A stretch of DNA of 64,000 bases from a virus. Positions within the stretch are counted from its first letter, which is position 1; each line of letters starts with the position of its first letter. The notes under the pieces are model-generated. The model made no database searches. It had not been told where the DNA came from and saw nothing but the letters and a program-made list of their open reading frames with translations. Shown one piece after another: positions 7,989 to 18,031 of this stretch. The stretch is from positions 1-64,000 of IMG/VR virus record IMGVR_UViG_3300021091_000020; one strand, 5' to 3'. A program made the position numbers and the translations under genes.

Positions 7989-8444
7989 ATGTGTTTGCTT
8001 GATTACAGAAAAACATTCGGAAACCCGTGGATTGATACACCCGAAGCGTATAGTGAATTAAATACAGTGCTTCGTGCAACGATTATTGCACGTATAAATT
8101 TTGAAATGCGTGAAGCCAATAATAGAAAAACCACTCCAAAGTTAGTATTACTCTTTCAAGAAGAATACCGCATTGTGTATGGTGACTTTGAAAATTATCC
8201 TGATGATGTTGAATTGAAATGGGTAGATAGAATTGTTTTTAATAACAAAGAAGAAATAGATAAGGAAACTTGGGTGTTCTCACACGAATACCTAGAATAC
8301 CAAGGATATGAGTCTTTTATACCTTGGCATTCTGTGAAGGATCAAATTCCAACTGATACCCTCATTGAAATACTGCGTGAATTACAACGATTGAATAATC
8401 ACCCTATTTCCGAAGTAGAAGAAGTGGAGGAAACCAATGATTGA
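7989..8444 (+). CDS. Hypothetical protein
   Basis: 151-aa ORF in the operon. Confidence 0.65.
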   Translation: MCLLDYRKTFGNPWIDTPEAYSELNTVLRATIIARINFEMREANNRKTTPKLVLLFQEEYRIVYGDFENYPDDVELKWVDRIVFNNKEEIDKETWVFSHEYLEYQGYESFIPWHSVKDQIPTDTLIEILRELQRLNNHPISEVEEVEETND

Positions 8445-8679
8445 TTACAGATATATGACCGGTGAAACGGAATATGAAAATGAAGGTGACTGGACAAAAG
8501 CTGAATTGGAAGCGATGCTAAATGATGCCGAGGATGACATTTATTATTACGAAGAAAAGATTTCGGAATTAGAAAGCGACCTTTGGAATGCTGAAGAACA
8601 ACACGAAATGGCAACATATTTACTTGACAATGAATTGTGGTATGTAGAAAATAACGAGGATGATAAAGATGAAAACTAA
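8437..8679 (+). CDS. Highly acidic coiled-coil hypothetical protein
   Basis: GGAGG RBS; D/E-rich. Confidence 0.65.
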   Translation: MIDYRYMTGETEYENEGDWTKAELEAMLNDAEDDIYYYEEKISELESDLWNAEEQHEMATYLLDNELWYVENNEDDKDEN

Positions 8680-8854
8680 CTACAAGAAAATGTATTCCGA
8701 TCAAACGGACAGATTGCTTGCTGAAATTTTAGACTTGTATATTGCAACACAATTCGATCAAACACCAGATAATCCAGATGTCCAGAGATTGATTGCCCTT
8801 GAAGATAAATTGAAACGAATAACCAGTAAACAACAAATAAAGGAGCCAACATGA
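8669..8854 (+). CDS. Hypothetical protein
   Basis: GAGGA RBS; overlaps both neighbours. Confidence 0.55.
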   Translation: MKTNYKKMYSDQTDRLLAEILDLYIATQFDQTPDNPDVQRLIALEDKLKRITSKQQIKEPT

Positions 8855-9147
8855 TACAGAATGAATTGCAAGAAACCTTTTTCCACGGTCTAACCAAACA
8901 AGAAGTGATAGACAGCATCATTGACTTTGAACTTGAACATGACATCATGCCAGATTGGCGTGAAGTGCTTGAGTATGGGTTCACTGGCTATCAAAATGTT
9001 GAAGATGAAGTGCTCAAGGAATTATATCTGGAGTATTTCACCAATGATGAATTGGAAGAAGATCCAGATTATCTTCCGGAAGATTATATCCCGATGGATG
9101 GACACGGAGACCATATCTCCAATGATTATGAAGGTGGTGCCCAATGA
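8851..9147 (+). CDS. Highly acidic hypothetical protein
   Basis: AAGGAG RBS, ATGA overlap, D/E-rich. Confidence 0.65.
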   Translation: MIQNELQETFFHGLTKQEVIDSIIDFELEHDIMPDWREVLEYGFTGYQNVEDEVLKELYLEYFTNDELEEDPDYLPEDYIPMDGHGDHISNDYEGGAQ

Positions 9148-9356
9148 GTAAATTGAGTGTAAAATATCTTATTGGGTTGCAGAACCTTCGCAACAAATCA
9201 TTCAACGATGCCATCCAACGCTTAGTTGATAGTCTTCCAGTCGATCAAAAGCCCATTCAAATGGTTTACAATGACGCCGGTGAATTGGTAGATGTGCGAG
9301 ATTATGTGAAGACAATGAACGAACCACAAACAAGACCTATCGGTTTTTTACAATAA
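9144..9356 (+). CDS. Hypothetical protein
   Basis: ATGA overlap; ends RPIGFLQ. Confidence 0.6.
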   Translation: MSKLSVKYLIGLQNLRNKSFNDAIQRLVDSLPVDQKPIQMVYNDAGELVDVRDYVKTMNEPQTRPIGFLQ

Positions 9357-9376
9357 CATTTTAAGGAATAAACAAC

Positions 9377-9589
9377 ATGACAATTCTAACGCCAATCATT
9401 CTCGGACTGCTTATTATATCTGCGGGTTCCGGTCTTATTTATCTGGCAATGCAAATCCAAACTATTTTGAACTGGACTGGTTTCACCAAACGGTTCATCG
9501 GTGAACAGATGCCAAGTTATATCGGAAACATTCATCTGGTATCAATCACTACTGCCATAATTCTCATGGTATTGGAGTTGTTTCTATGA
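9377..9589 (+). CDS. Small two-TM membrane protein
   Basis: Two hydrophobic segments; AAGGA RBS. Confidence 0.6.
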   Translation: MTILTPIILGLLIISAGSGLIYLAMQIQTILNWTGFTKRFIGEQMPSYIGNIHLVSITTAIILMVLELFL

Positions 9590-10105
9590 CCGATATTATT
9601 GGATCTATTCTAATCGGTATTGCACTTGTTCTGGTATGGGCAGTTGTGACCAATATATCAAATTGGACTTATGGAAAGTTAGAATCTTATCGGTATGCCA
9701 AATGGAACGATAAGGATTTGAAATTTATTGAACATATATTAAGGAGATATAGGCGATGAAAGTGTTTGTGCTTTACAATCAAAGATTTTGCGAAATTCGT
9801 GGAGTATTCACCACACACGAATTGGCAATGGAAAATGCGGAATACGGAACAGACTTTGTATTTGAATGCACTCTTGACGAGGTATTTGTATGATTCGTAA
9901 ACATTCAAGGTTATGGACTGATGATTCACCAAGAATGGTGGACTTTATATTGGATGTGGTGGTGTGGTTGATTGGATTAACTGTGCTGAATACTGTTCTG
10001 ATTGGGATGATACTGTGGATGTTGTTTAGCAAATAAGTGGTGAGGGATGTAACCAACTCAAACGAAGTTTGAAGTGGGAACATTCCGAACACAATAGGAG
10101 TTTAT

Positions 10106-10564
10106 ATGATGAAGTATATCATTATGGTATTGATGACTTGTGTTGTATCATTTGCACAACCTAATGGTCTGATGTTTCAAGTTACAAACGCACAATTCTC
10201 CGATGGAAATTTAAGGTTGGCGACTGTGTATAGAATTAGCAGTATCGCTTATGTGGGTATGGAAACAGAACTGTTGAGGATGGGTTCGACAAACATACAA
10301 AATACTGGTGTGGCCGTTCATTTGAGAACCAACTCAATAACCAATCGTGGTGCTGGTGGAACTTATTTCTTCGGCTCTGGATTTTGGGGAAGAAACATTC
10401 TCGGTGAAATGGGAAGAATCGGTGGTGGTATTCGGCTTGATATAACACAAAGAATGGGTTTCCATGTTTCCCTTGAAAGAACATGGAAGAACTTTGAATA
10501 CTTCGACAGAAACTATACCGATGAAAATGTGAACATTAGTTATGGATTAACATTTGGATTTTAA
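10106..10564 (+). CDS. Putative outer-membrane beta-barrel protein
   Basis: Signal peptide (..VVSFA|Q), alternating Gly/aromatic strands, and C-terminal ISYGLTFGF resembling a BAM signal. Confidence 0.65.
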   Translation: MMKYIIMVLMTCVVSFAQPNGLMFQVTNAQFSDGNLRLATVYRISSIAYVGMETELLRMGSTNIQNTGVAVHLRTNSITNRGAGGTYFFGSGFWGRNILGEMGRIGGGIRLDITQRMGFHVSLERTWKNFEYFDRNYTDENVNISYGLTFGF

Positions 10565-10566
10565 TT

Positions 10567-10719
10567 ATGAAAGAACCAAAACAAATTCTGGAATCCCGCG
10601 GCGAGCGACTGACGAATATATGGATTGGGGTTGGCATTTTCAACGCACTTATATTCATTTTTCTTGCCGGCGACTTTATGAGAGCGATAAAAGGTTTCCT
10701 AACTATATTCGGAGAATGA
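10567..10719 (+). CDS. Small membrane protein (50 aa, not in ORF track)
   Basis: Read manually as MKEPKQILESRGERLTNIWIGVGIFNALIFIFLAG... Confidence 0.5.
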   Translation: MKEPKQILESRGERLTNIWIGVGIFNALIFIFLAGDFMRAIKGFLTIFGE

Positions 10720-10720
10720 T

Positions 10721-11050
10721 ATGAATGGTATAAGTGAATTACAGATATTGGATTGGATTGACCAATGTGATGACGAACTCAAAAAATTACAGAACGCAAA
10801 AGATTTTTTATACCGTGCTTATTACGAAAGAAATTTAATAGATTATTCTGTTGAAGAAAATCTCCGCGACCGGTTTGGTGATAGAATACGAGAATTAAAA
10901 GCTAAGCGTGAACTATTGTGGAAAATGTTGGAACAATCAAAGACAGATGATTTGATAGTGATGTTCGACTATCAGTTTCCGGATACTCTGGTAAATCAAT
11001 TACCAGAAGGTATGAGAAACGAATTTTTCCGTTTCGTATATGAAATGTAA
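10721..11050 (+). CDS. Hypothetical coiled-coil protein
   Basis: GGAG RBS; 109 aa. Confidence 0.6.
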   Translation: MNGISELQILDWIDQCDDELKKLQNAKDFLYRAYYERNLIDYSVEENLRDRFGDRIRELKAKRELLWKMLEQSKTDDLIVMFDYQFPDTLVNQLPEGMRNEFFRFVYEM

Positions 11051-11055
11051 TTAGA

Positions 11056-11140
11056 AGTCCGGTGGCGAAATGGCAGACGCACAGGACTTAAAATCCTGAG
11101 AAGTGTAAACTTCGTGTGGGTTCGAGTCCCACCCGGACTA
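11056..11140 (+). tRNA. tRNA-Leu (anticodon UAA)
   Basis: Acceptor AGTCCGG/CCGGACT, D-loop TGGCGAAATGGCAGACGC, anticodon arm CAGGA-CTTAAAA-TCCTG, long variable arm, T-arm GTGGG-TTCGAGT-CCCAC. No encoded CCA. Confidence 0.95.
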
Positions 11141-11153
11141 CAAAATTATTTTG

Positions 11154-11185
11154 CTTGTTTGTTACAATCAATATATTTATATTTG
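11154..11185 (+). promoter_or_regulatory. Bacteroidota-type promoter
   Basis: CTTG 11154-11157, N20, TATATTTG 11178-11185. Confidence 0.65.
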
Positions 11186-11223
11186 TAAATGGTTATATGT
11201 TTAATTACCGTTAGGTAAAAGTT

Positions 11224-11772
11224 ATGTCACATCAAGCACAAAGAGATTTTTGTTCTAGAATTAAATCTTTATATCCCGAACATTTCAAAAACAGTAAAGT
11301 TTTGGATATTGGCTCCCTTGATATAAATGGAAACAACAAATTCCTATTCGATGATTGTGAATACATTGGATTGGATATTGCAGAAGGAAACAATGTTGAT
11401 GTTGTTTGTATAGGTCACGAATACGATGCACCAGATGAAACATTCGACACAATAATATCAACCGAAGCACTTGAACACGATATGTATTACGAGAAAACAA
11501 TACTTAATGCCATCCGTATGTTAAAGAAAGGTGGTGCATTTGTATTGACTTGTGCTAGCACGTTCAGACCAGAACATGGGACACCGAGAACTGACGGATC
11601 ATGGGCGGCTCCGCTATTGAAAGAAGTATCAGAAGAATGGAAAAACTATTACAAAAATTTGGATGAAGATGATTTGAAACAAATACCTGGTTTTGTTGAT
11701 ACATTTCCAGATGGTATCTATGAATATAATCATAATAAAATGGATATGTATTTCTTCGGTATTAAGAAGTAA
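11224..11772 (+). CDS. Class I SAM-dependent methyltransferase (glycan-associated type)
   Basis: VLDIGSLDING, YIGLD, FDTIISTEALEHD. Confidence 0.8.
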   Translation: MSHQAQRDFCSRIKSLYPEHFKNSKVLDIGSLDINGNNKFLFDDCEYIGLDIAEGNNVDVVCIGHEYDAPDETFDTIISTEALEHDMYYEKTILNAIRMLKKGGAFVLTCASTFRPEHGTPRTDGSWAAPLLKEVSEEWKNYYKNLDEDDLKQIPGFVDTFPDGIYEYNHNKMDMYFFGIKK

Positions 11773-11803
11773 TATACGACTATAAGAGAATACGAATACA
11801 TCA

Positions 11804-11833
11804 ATGGGTAGTGGTTTTTTAATCACTACCCAT
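11804..11833 (+). terminator. Stem-loop, possible terminator
   Basis: ATGGGTAGTG...CACTACCCAT followed by AT-rich sequence. Confidence 0.5.
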
Positions 11834-11878
11834 ATTTATTTATACAGTTAATTGTTTTATTATTATAGAGGTTTCATC

Positions 11879-12142
11879 ATGTTAGATACCTTAAAAACAT
11901 TTATTCCCCTTTTAGTTCTTTCCGTGATTGCTATTGGTGCAACATTTGGGGATGGTAATTTCAGCACATTTGCAGTAGGACTTTCAAAGTATGCACTTGC
12001 TGTTGGAGCTGCTTGGTTTGTTGATTCATACTTAATCAAGGAGGTAAGAACCCGTGAAATACTTGCAGAAAATCCTATCGCTTATGCTATTTGGTTGTTT
12101 GCTAACATCGTCACTGCCGCTCTCTGCTTCTCAAACAGTTAA
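11879..12142 (+). CDS. Putative holin / small membrane protein
   Basis: 87 aa with three hydrophobic segments; overlaps a lysin gene. Confidence 0.55.
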   Translation: MLDTLKTFIPLLVLSVIAIGATFGDGNFSTFAVGLSKYALAVGAAWFVDSYLIKEVRTREILAENPIAYAIWLFANIVTAALCFSNS

Positions 12143-12635
12143 TCAGACAGACGGTGAAAGAGTTAGAAAAATTGCGTATGGTTTTGTTGGAACAAAAGAA
12201 GTAGGAAACAACGGAGGATTTTGGGTTACAAAATTTTTGAAATCCGTAGGACTTCGACCAGGTAATCCTTGGTGTGCAGCATTTGTTTCATTCTGTCTTG
12301 ATAGTGCCGACATAAAAACAATGCGTGTTCGTTCTGGATTGGCAAGACATTTTATATCCAAGAACAAGACAATCAAAGCAACAAAAGTTTTACAATCCAA
12401 TATGAAGATACCGATGGGTTCGGTTGTAGTTTGGCGTAGAGGAACAACTACATTTGGTCATGTTGGTTTTGTAGACAAGTGGGAAGGTAAAAGTGGAACC
12501 ACAATAGAAGGTAACACTACTTCCGGTAAAGGTGGAAAAGAATGGGATGGCGGGGGCGTATGGTATCGTAAGAGAACGATAAATCCATATAACCATTTCC
12601 GAATTACAGACTTTGCTCTGTTAGACCAACGATAA
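12054..12635 (+). CDS. CHAP-domain peptidoglycan hydrolase with N-terminal signal peptide
   Basis: PWCAAFVS, GHVGFV and TIEGNT motifs. AAGGAGGT RBS at 12038-12045 before GTG. Confidence 0.85.
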   Translation: MKYLQKILSLMLFGCLLTSSLPLSASQTVNQTDGERVRKIAYGFVGTKEVGNNGGFWVTKFLKSVGLRPGNPWCAAFVSFCLDSADIKTMRVRSGLARHFISKNKTIKATKVLQSNMKIPMGSVVVWRRGTTTFGHVGFVDKWEGKSGTTIEGNTTSGKGGKEWDGGGVWYRKRTINPYNHFRITDFALLDQR

Positions 12636-12640
12636 AATTA

Positions 12641-12672
12641 AGGTGAGTTTCGGCTCACCTTTTTTATTTTTT
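12641..12672 (+). terminator. Rho-independent terminator
   Basis: AGGTGAGT-TTCG-GCTCACCT followed by a T-tract. Confidence 0.85.
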
Positions 12673-12673
12673 G

Positions 12674-12705
12674 CTTGGTATTTATGAATAGATTTCGTAT
12701 ATTTG
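12674..12705 (+). promoter_or_regulatory. Bacteroidota-type promoter
   Basis: CTTG, N20, TATATTTG 12698-12705. Confidence 0.65.
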
Positions 12706-12733
12706 TTACATTCACAAAAGTTATGTAAATAAA

Positions 12734-13537
12734 ATGATAGACTTATGTATCACACATCATAAAACCGAAGGTTTGATAGAAAAACTGTTAAAAGAATTAC
12801 ACGAAGATGTTTTTAAATTAAATGAAAATTGTAAAATATATTTGTATGATTCTGGCTCAGGTGAAAAGTTCAAACAATGGATTAAAAAAAATATAACCAA
12901 ATACATAATAGAAAAGGTTTATTTTAAAGAAAATAATGGATATGCATATGCATGTAATTATATGGCATTAAAAGGCAATTCTGAAATAATAGGATTTATT
13001 CATGGCGATGTTATTATATCGGCTAAAGATTTGGAACAAGTAAACCGTATTTTTTCAGAAAATCCTGGTATACACATCCTCGGTCCAAAAGTAATTACAG
13101 ACGATAATAAGATAGACTCTGCTGGTACATTTGGTTCAAATTTTAAACCGGAATTTCGTGGATTGAATGAAATTGATAAAAACAAAAACCTATACAGAGA
13201 CAGACAAAAATGTATAAATGTATCCGGCTGTGCTTATTTCATAAGAAGAAATGTGTGGAATGTTTTAACAAATCATCCAAAATATAGAAGATTATATCCA
13301 AACGCATTAGGTGCATTTTTAGAGACACCACATTTTTTTGAAGAAGTATGGTGTTCATACTTTGCAAGATTTCTTGGTTACAATGTTGTTTATGATGGGA
13401 GTATAACCGTAAAACACACGGTAAGATCATCATCAGTATTACCTGCCGAACATAAAAATTCAGTTGAAAATACGGCATATGAAATAAGTCAGAAGATATT
13501 TTTGTATACTTGCGATAAAATTAATATACCAATTTAA
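12734..13537 (+). CDS. Glycosyltransferase family 2
   Basis: YDSGS, NNGYAYACN, FIHGD, VSGCAYFIRR, FFEE motifs. Confidence 0.8.
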   Translation: MIDLCITHHKTEGLIEKLLKELHEDVFKLNENCKIYLYDSGSGEKFKQWIKKNITKYIIEKVYFKENNGYAYACNYMALKGNSEIIGFIHGDVIISAKDLEQVNRIFSENPGIHILGPKVITDDNKIDSAGTFGSNFKPEFRGLNEIDKNKNLYRDRQKCINVSGCAYFIRRNVWNVLTNHPKYRRLYPNALGAFLETPHFFEEVWCSYFARFLGYNVVYDGSITVKHTVRSSSVLPAEHKNSVENTAYEISQKIFLYTCDKINIPI

Positions 13538-13560
13538 TAAATAAAACAGGAGAATGTTAT

Positions 13561-13752
13561 ATGGAATTTCCATTGACTGCACAAGACAGAGATTATTTTG
13601 AAAAAAATATATCATCTAACAACAATTATCAATCAGAAACTATTAGTGATACAAAAAGAAATTTGATACGAATTGTATCGGAAATGGAAGTAGAAATGAG
13701 GATGCTTGAAAATAAAATTGAAGAAATTAAAACAATAATCTATCATTTGTGA
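13561..13752 (+). CDS. Hypothetical coiled-coil protein
   Basis: AGGAG RBS. Confidence 0.55.
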   Translation: MEFPLTAQDRDYFEKNISSNNNYQSETISDTKRNLIRIVSEMEVEMRMLENKIEEIKTIIYHL

Positions 13753-13804
13753 ATTTACCACATATTTATTAGTGTTATGTTTTAGTGTTATGAGTTAGTG
13801 TGTT

Positions 13805-14500
13805 ATGAATAAAAAGATGGGCAGACCACAACTAATACTTACCGAAGCACAAGTTAGATATGCAATGCAAAACAGTTTCGGTAATAAAGATGCTGCCAGA
13901 TTTCTCAAAGTAGATTACAGAACTTACAAACGATGGGCGCAACAGCACATTGATAGTGAGACAGGTAAAACTCTATTCCAATTACATTCAAAACTTGGTG
14001 TTCCACTTACGCGTGAAAAGAAAGATGATAAGTGGAATGGTAAATCGTTTGACTGTAATAAAGGTTACAAAGAAAAGTTAGAGGATATTCTTGACGGTAA
14101 ATATCCTGCATACGAAACAAAGAAGTTACGAAAAAGATTATTACTATCAGGATGGGTTCCGTGTGTTTGTGCCGCTTGTGGGTGGGATGAACCAAGAATG
14201 ACTGATGGTAATTATCCCCTTCTGATAGACTTCATAGATAATAACTGGCGTAATTGTAAGTTAGACAATCTGCGTCTGTTATGTTTTAATTGTTATTTCA
14301 ATCTTGTAAGGACACCATCAACGTCCTATCAAGGATGGACATACGGAACGGTATCAAAGACACCTTGGTATGGCGAGAAACGCCCAAGAGACGGCAGATA
14401 CCGTAGAAGATTGGAAGAACGCATCAAACAACAAGAACAAAAGAAAAAAGAAGAACAAGAAAAATTCTTTGATTGGGATGAAATTCCTGGCGAAGAATAG
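13805..14500 (+). CDS. HTH plus degenerate HNH zinc-finger protein
   Basis: N-terminal HTH (KDAARFLKVDYRTYKRW). CAAC...IDFIDNNWRNCKLDNLRLLCFNC, where the usual DHIDG His is replaced by Phe. Confidence 0.7.
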   Translation: MNKKMGRPQLILTEAQVRYAMQNSFGNKDAARFLKVDYRTYKRWAQQHIDSETGKTLFQLHSKLGVPLTREKKDDKWNGKSFDCNKGYKEKLEDILDGKYPAYETKKLRKRLLLSGWVPCVCAACGWDEPRMTDGNYPLLIDFIDNNWRNCKLDNLRLLCFNCYFNLVRTPSTSYQGWTYGTVSKTPWYGEKRPRDGRYRRRLEERIKQQEQKKKEEQEKFFDWDEIPGEE

Positions 14501-14545
14501 ATGTTATATGTATGTTACATTTTTTAATTTAATTTGGAGGTTTTT

Positions 14546-14839
14546 ATGAGATTGTTGCCATTAAGAGATGGTATATTGGTTAGACCAAGAAAATCCGAAG
14601 AAAGAACATCATCGGGAATTATTATACCCGATTCTGCACAAGAAAGACCAGTTCAGGGTATTGTACTATCAACTGGTGATGGAATTACTATGTTAAATGG
14701 TAATGTTGTTCCAACGAAAGTTCAAGCGAATGACGAAATCATTTACCGTAGAAATGCTGGCGTAGAAGTTACAATTGATGATGAAACATTATTGTTACTA
14801 AATGAAAGTGATGTTTTAGCAATTTTATATGTAGAATAA
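14546..14839 (+). CDS. groES: Co-chaperonin GroES
   Basis: LPLRDGILV, TSSGIIIPDSAQERP, ESDVLAI. Confidence 0.95.
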   Translation: MRLLPLRDGILVRPRKSEERTSSGIIIPDSAQERPVQGIVLSTGDGITMLNGNVVPTKVQANDEIIYRRNAGVEVTIDDETLLLLNESDVLAILYVE

Positions 14840-16507
<1,668 letters not shown>

Positions 16508-16520
16508 TTGAATTTTAAAC

Positions 16521-16553
16521 AAAACCTCCCATAAAATATGGGGGGTTTTTTTT
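16521..16553 (+). terminator. Rho-independent terminator
   Basis: AAAACCTCCCAT...ATGGGGGGTTTT followed by a T-tract. Confidence 0.8.
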
Positions 16554-16572
16554 ATACAATATATTTATATTT

Positions 16573-16803
16573 ATGATAAAATTAATGGATATATTGTTAG
16601 AAAAACGAGATACCATCCGAGATAGGAACGGTGAACTATTTGGTACAATAGAAACTACATCAAACGGTATACAGATATTCCGTGATAAGAACGGTAGAAG
16701 ACTCGGAATATACAATCCAGCTACAAATAAAACATTTTCACATACAGGTGCTTTAGTTGGTAGAGGAAATGTTTTAACGGCTTTAATAAGAATATACAAC
16801 TAA
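16573..16803 (+). CDS. Small beta-hairpin-repeat protein with MIKLMDILLE leader
   Basis: RDRNG / RDKNG / SHTG repeats; ATATTTAT motif upstream. Confidence 0.7.
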   Translation: MIKLMDILLEKRDTIRDRNGELFGTIETTSNGIQIFRDKNGRRLGIYNPATNKTFSHTGALVGRGNVLTALIRIYN

Positions 16804-16815
16804 CGGAATGTATCA

Positions 16816-17601
16816 ATGCCAATGCCACTATTAAAAGACTTAATAAAACGTAGAGACTTATCTGGAGTTGTTTACGATACTGTTTCTTATTTGGCATCCC
16901 AACCATCAAAGAAAGTTTTATTCATTACTACATCAACTCGCTATCCTTTCAATACACAATACGATAAGGGTGGTGTTGAAAATGAATTACCGAAATCAAC
17001 AGAACTTGCTCTATTCATAAAAGAAAATATAAAGAATAAATCAGAATGGATAGATGTTCCACAATTAAAGATAGTTCCATGTGAGGGCAATGTATCACAT
17101 AAAACTGGTAACAGTTGTGGTGTAATGGATGCGGTATTAAAAGATAAATCAAAAAATCCAAGTGGTAATCATAGATGTTGGGCATCAGTAAATGAAAAGT
17201 CAGACCAACTTTGGCAGATAAGTAAAGAGATATTCAAAGCAGATATTGTTCTTTTCTTTGCATCTATTCGATGGGGGCAAACAAATGCAGAGTATCAAAA
17301 GCTAATAGAAAGATTAACATGGATTGAAAACCGTCATAGCACTTTGGGCGAAGATAATTTACTACAAGGAAAACAAGCCGGTTTTATTTGTATAGGACAA
17401 AATTGGAATGGTGCAGATGTTACACAAACTCAAAAGAATGTTTTGAAATTCTTTGGATTTGATACACCTGACAATTTATTTTGGAACTGGCAATATACAA
17501 CAAATGCAGAAGATGAAACACAACAATCGTATGAGGCATCAGACAAACAGTTTCATTTGGATTTAGGAATACCATATATTGATCCGGAAAAATATGATTA
17601 A
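16816..17601 (+). CDS. Flavodoxin-fold NAD(P)H-dependent FMN reductase-like protein
   Basis: VLFITTS.R...KS.EL, CEGNVS, ADIVLFFASIRWG....YQKLIERL, GKQAGFI. Confidence 0.75.
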   Translation: MPMPLLKDLIKRRDLSGVVYDTVSYLASQPSKKVLFITTSTRYPFNTQYDKGGVENELPKSTELALFIKENIKNKSEWIDVPQLKIVPCEGNVSHKTGNSCGVMDAVLKDKSKNPSGNHRCWASVNEKSDQLWQISKEIFKADIVLFFASIRWGQTNAEYQKLIERLTWIENRHSTLGEDNLLQGKQAGFICIGQNWNGADVTQTQKNVLKFFGFDTPDNLFWNWQYTTNAEDETQQSYEASDKQFHLDLGIPYIDPEKYD

Positions 17602-18031
17602 ATTAAAAGACATATTGGAAGAAGCATTTGAGTTAACTTTTAGTGTAAACTTGAATGTGATAAAATTAGGAAGGTCTCCTTCTGGCAATATATTCTTAAA
17701 CTTCAATGATAATAGTATAAGAGAAGGTAGATCACCATCAGGAGATATTCTACTTAATATAGATCGAGACAAAATAAGATTGGGTAGATCGCCATCAGGA
17801 CAAATACTGGCAAGATTCATAAACCCTTTTGTAAGACTTGGTGAATCAAGAACAGGTAAAGTTATAGCAAATATAGATTCCTCAAATAGAGTAAGAGAAG
17901 GCAGGTCTCCATCGGGTGATATACTTGCCACAGTTGCAGTTGTTAAAAGAGAAAAGACAGATGCTAAAATGGCTGGAGCAGCAGCAGCTGTTTATTTGTA
18001 TACTAAAAATATGATAAGGATAATAGAATGA
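17594..18031 (+). CDS. Tandem-repeat protein (five ~19-aa GRSPSG repeats) with MIKLKDILEE leader
   Basis: (I/V)R(L/E)GRSPSG(D/N/Q)IL occurs four times plus one variant, VRLGESRTGKVI. Confidence 0.75.
   Translation: MIKLKDILEEAFELTFSVNLNVIKLGRSPSGNIFLNFNDNSIREGRSPSGDILLNIDRDKIRLGRSPSGQILARFINPFVRLGESRTGKVIANIDSSNRVREGRSPSGDILATVAVVKREKTDAKMAGAAAAVYLYTKNMIRIIE

Noticed and set aside
17563-17931. - strand ORF with SPDGDLP repeats
   Set aside because: Antisense mirror of the GRSPSG repeat gene, which fits the + strand operon and has the shared leader.
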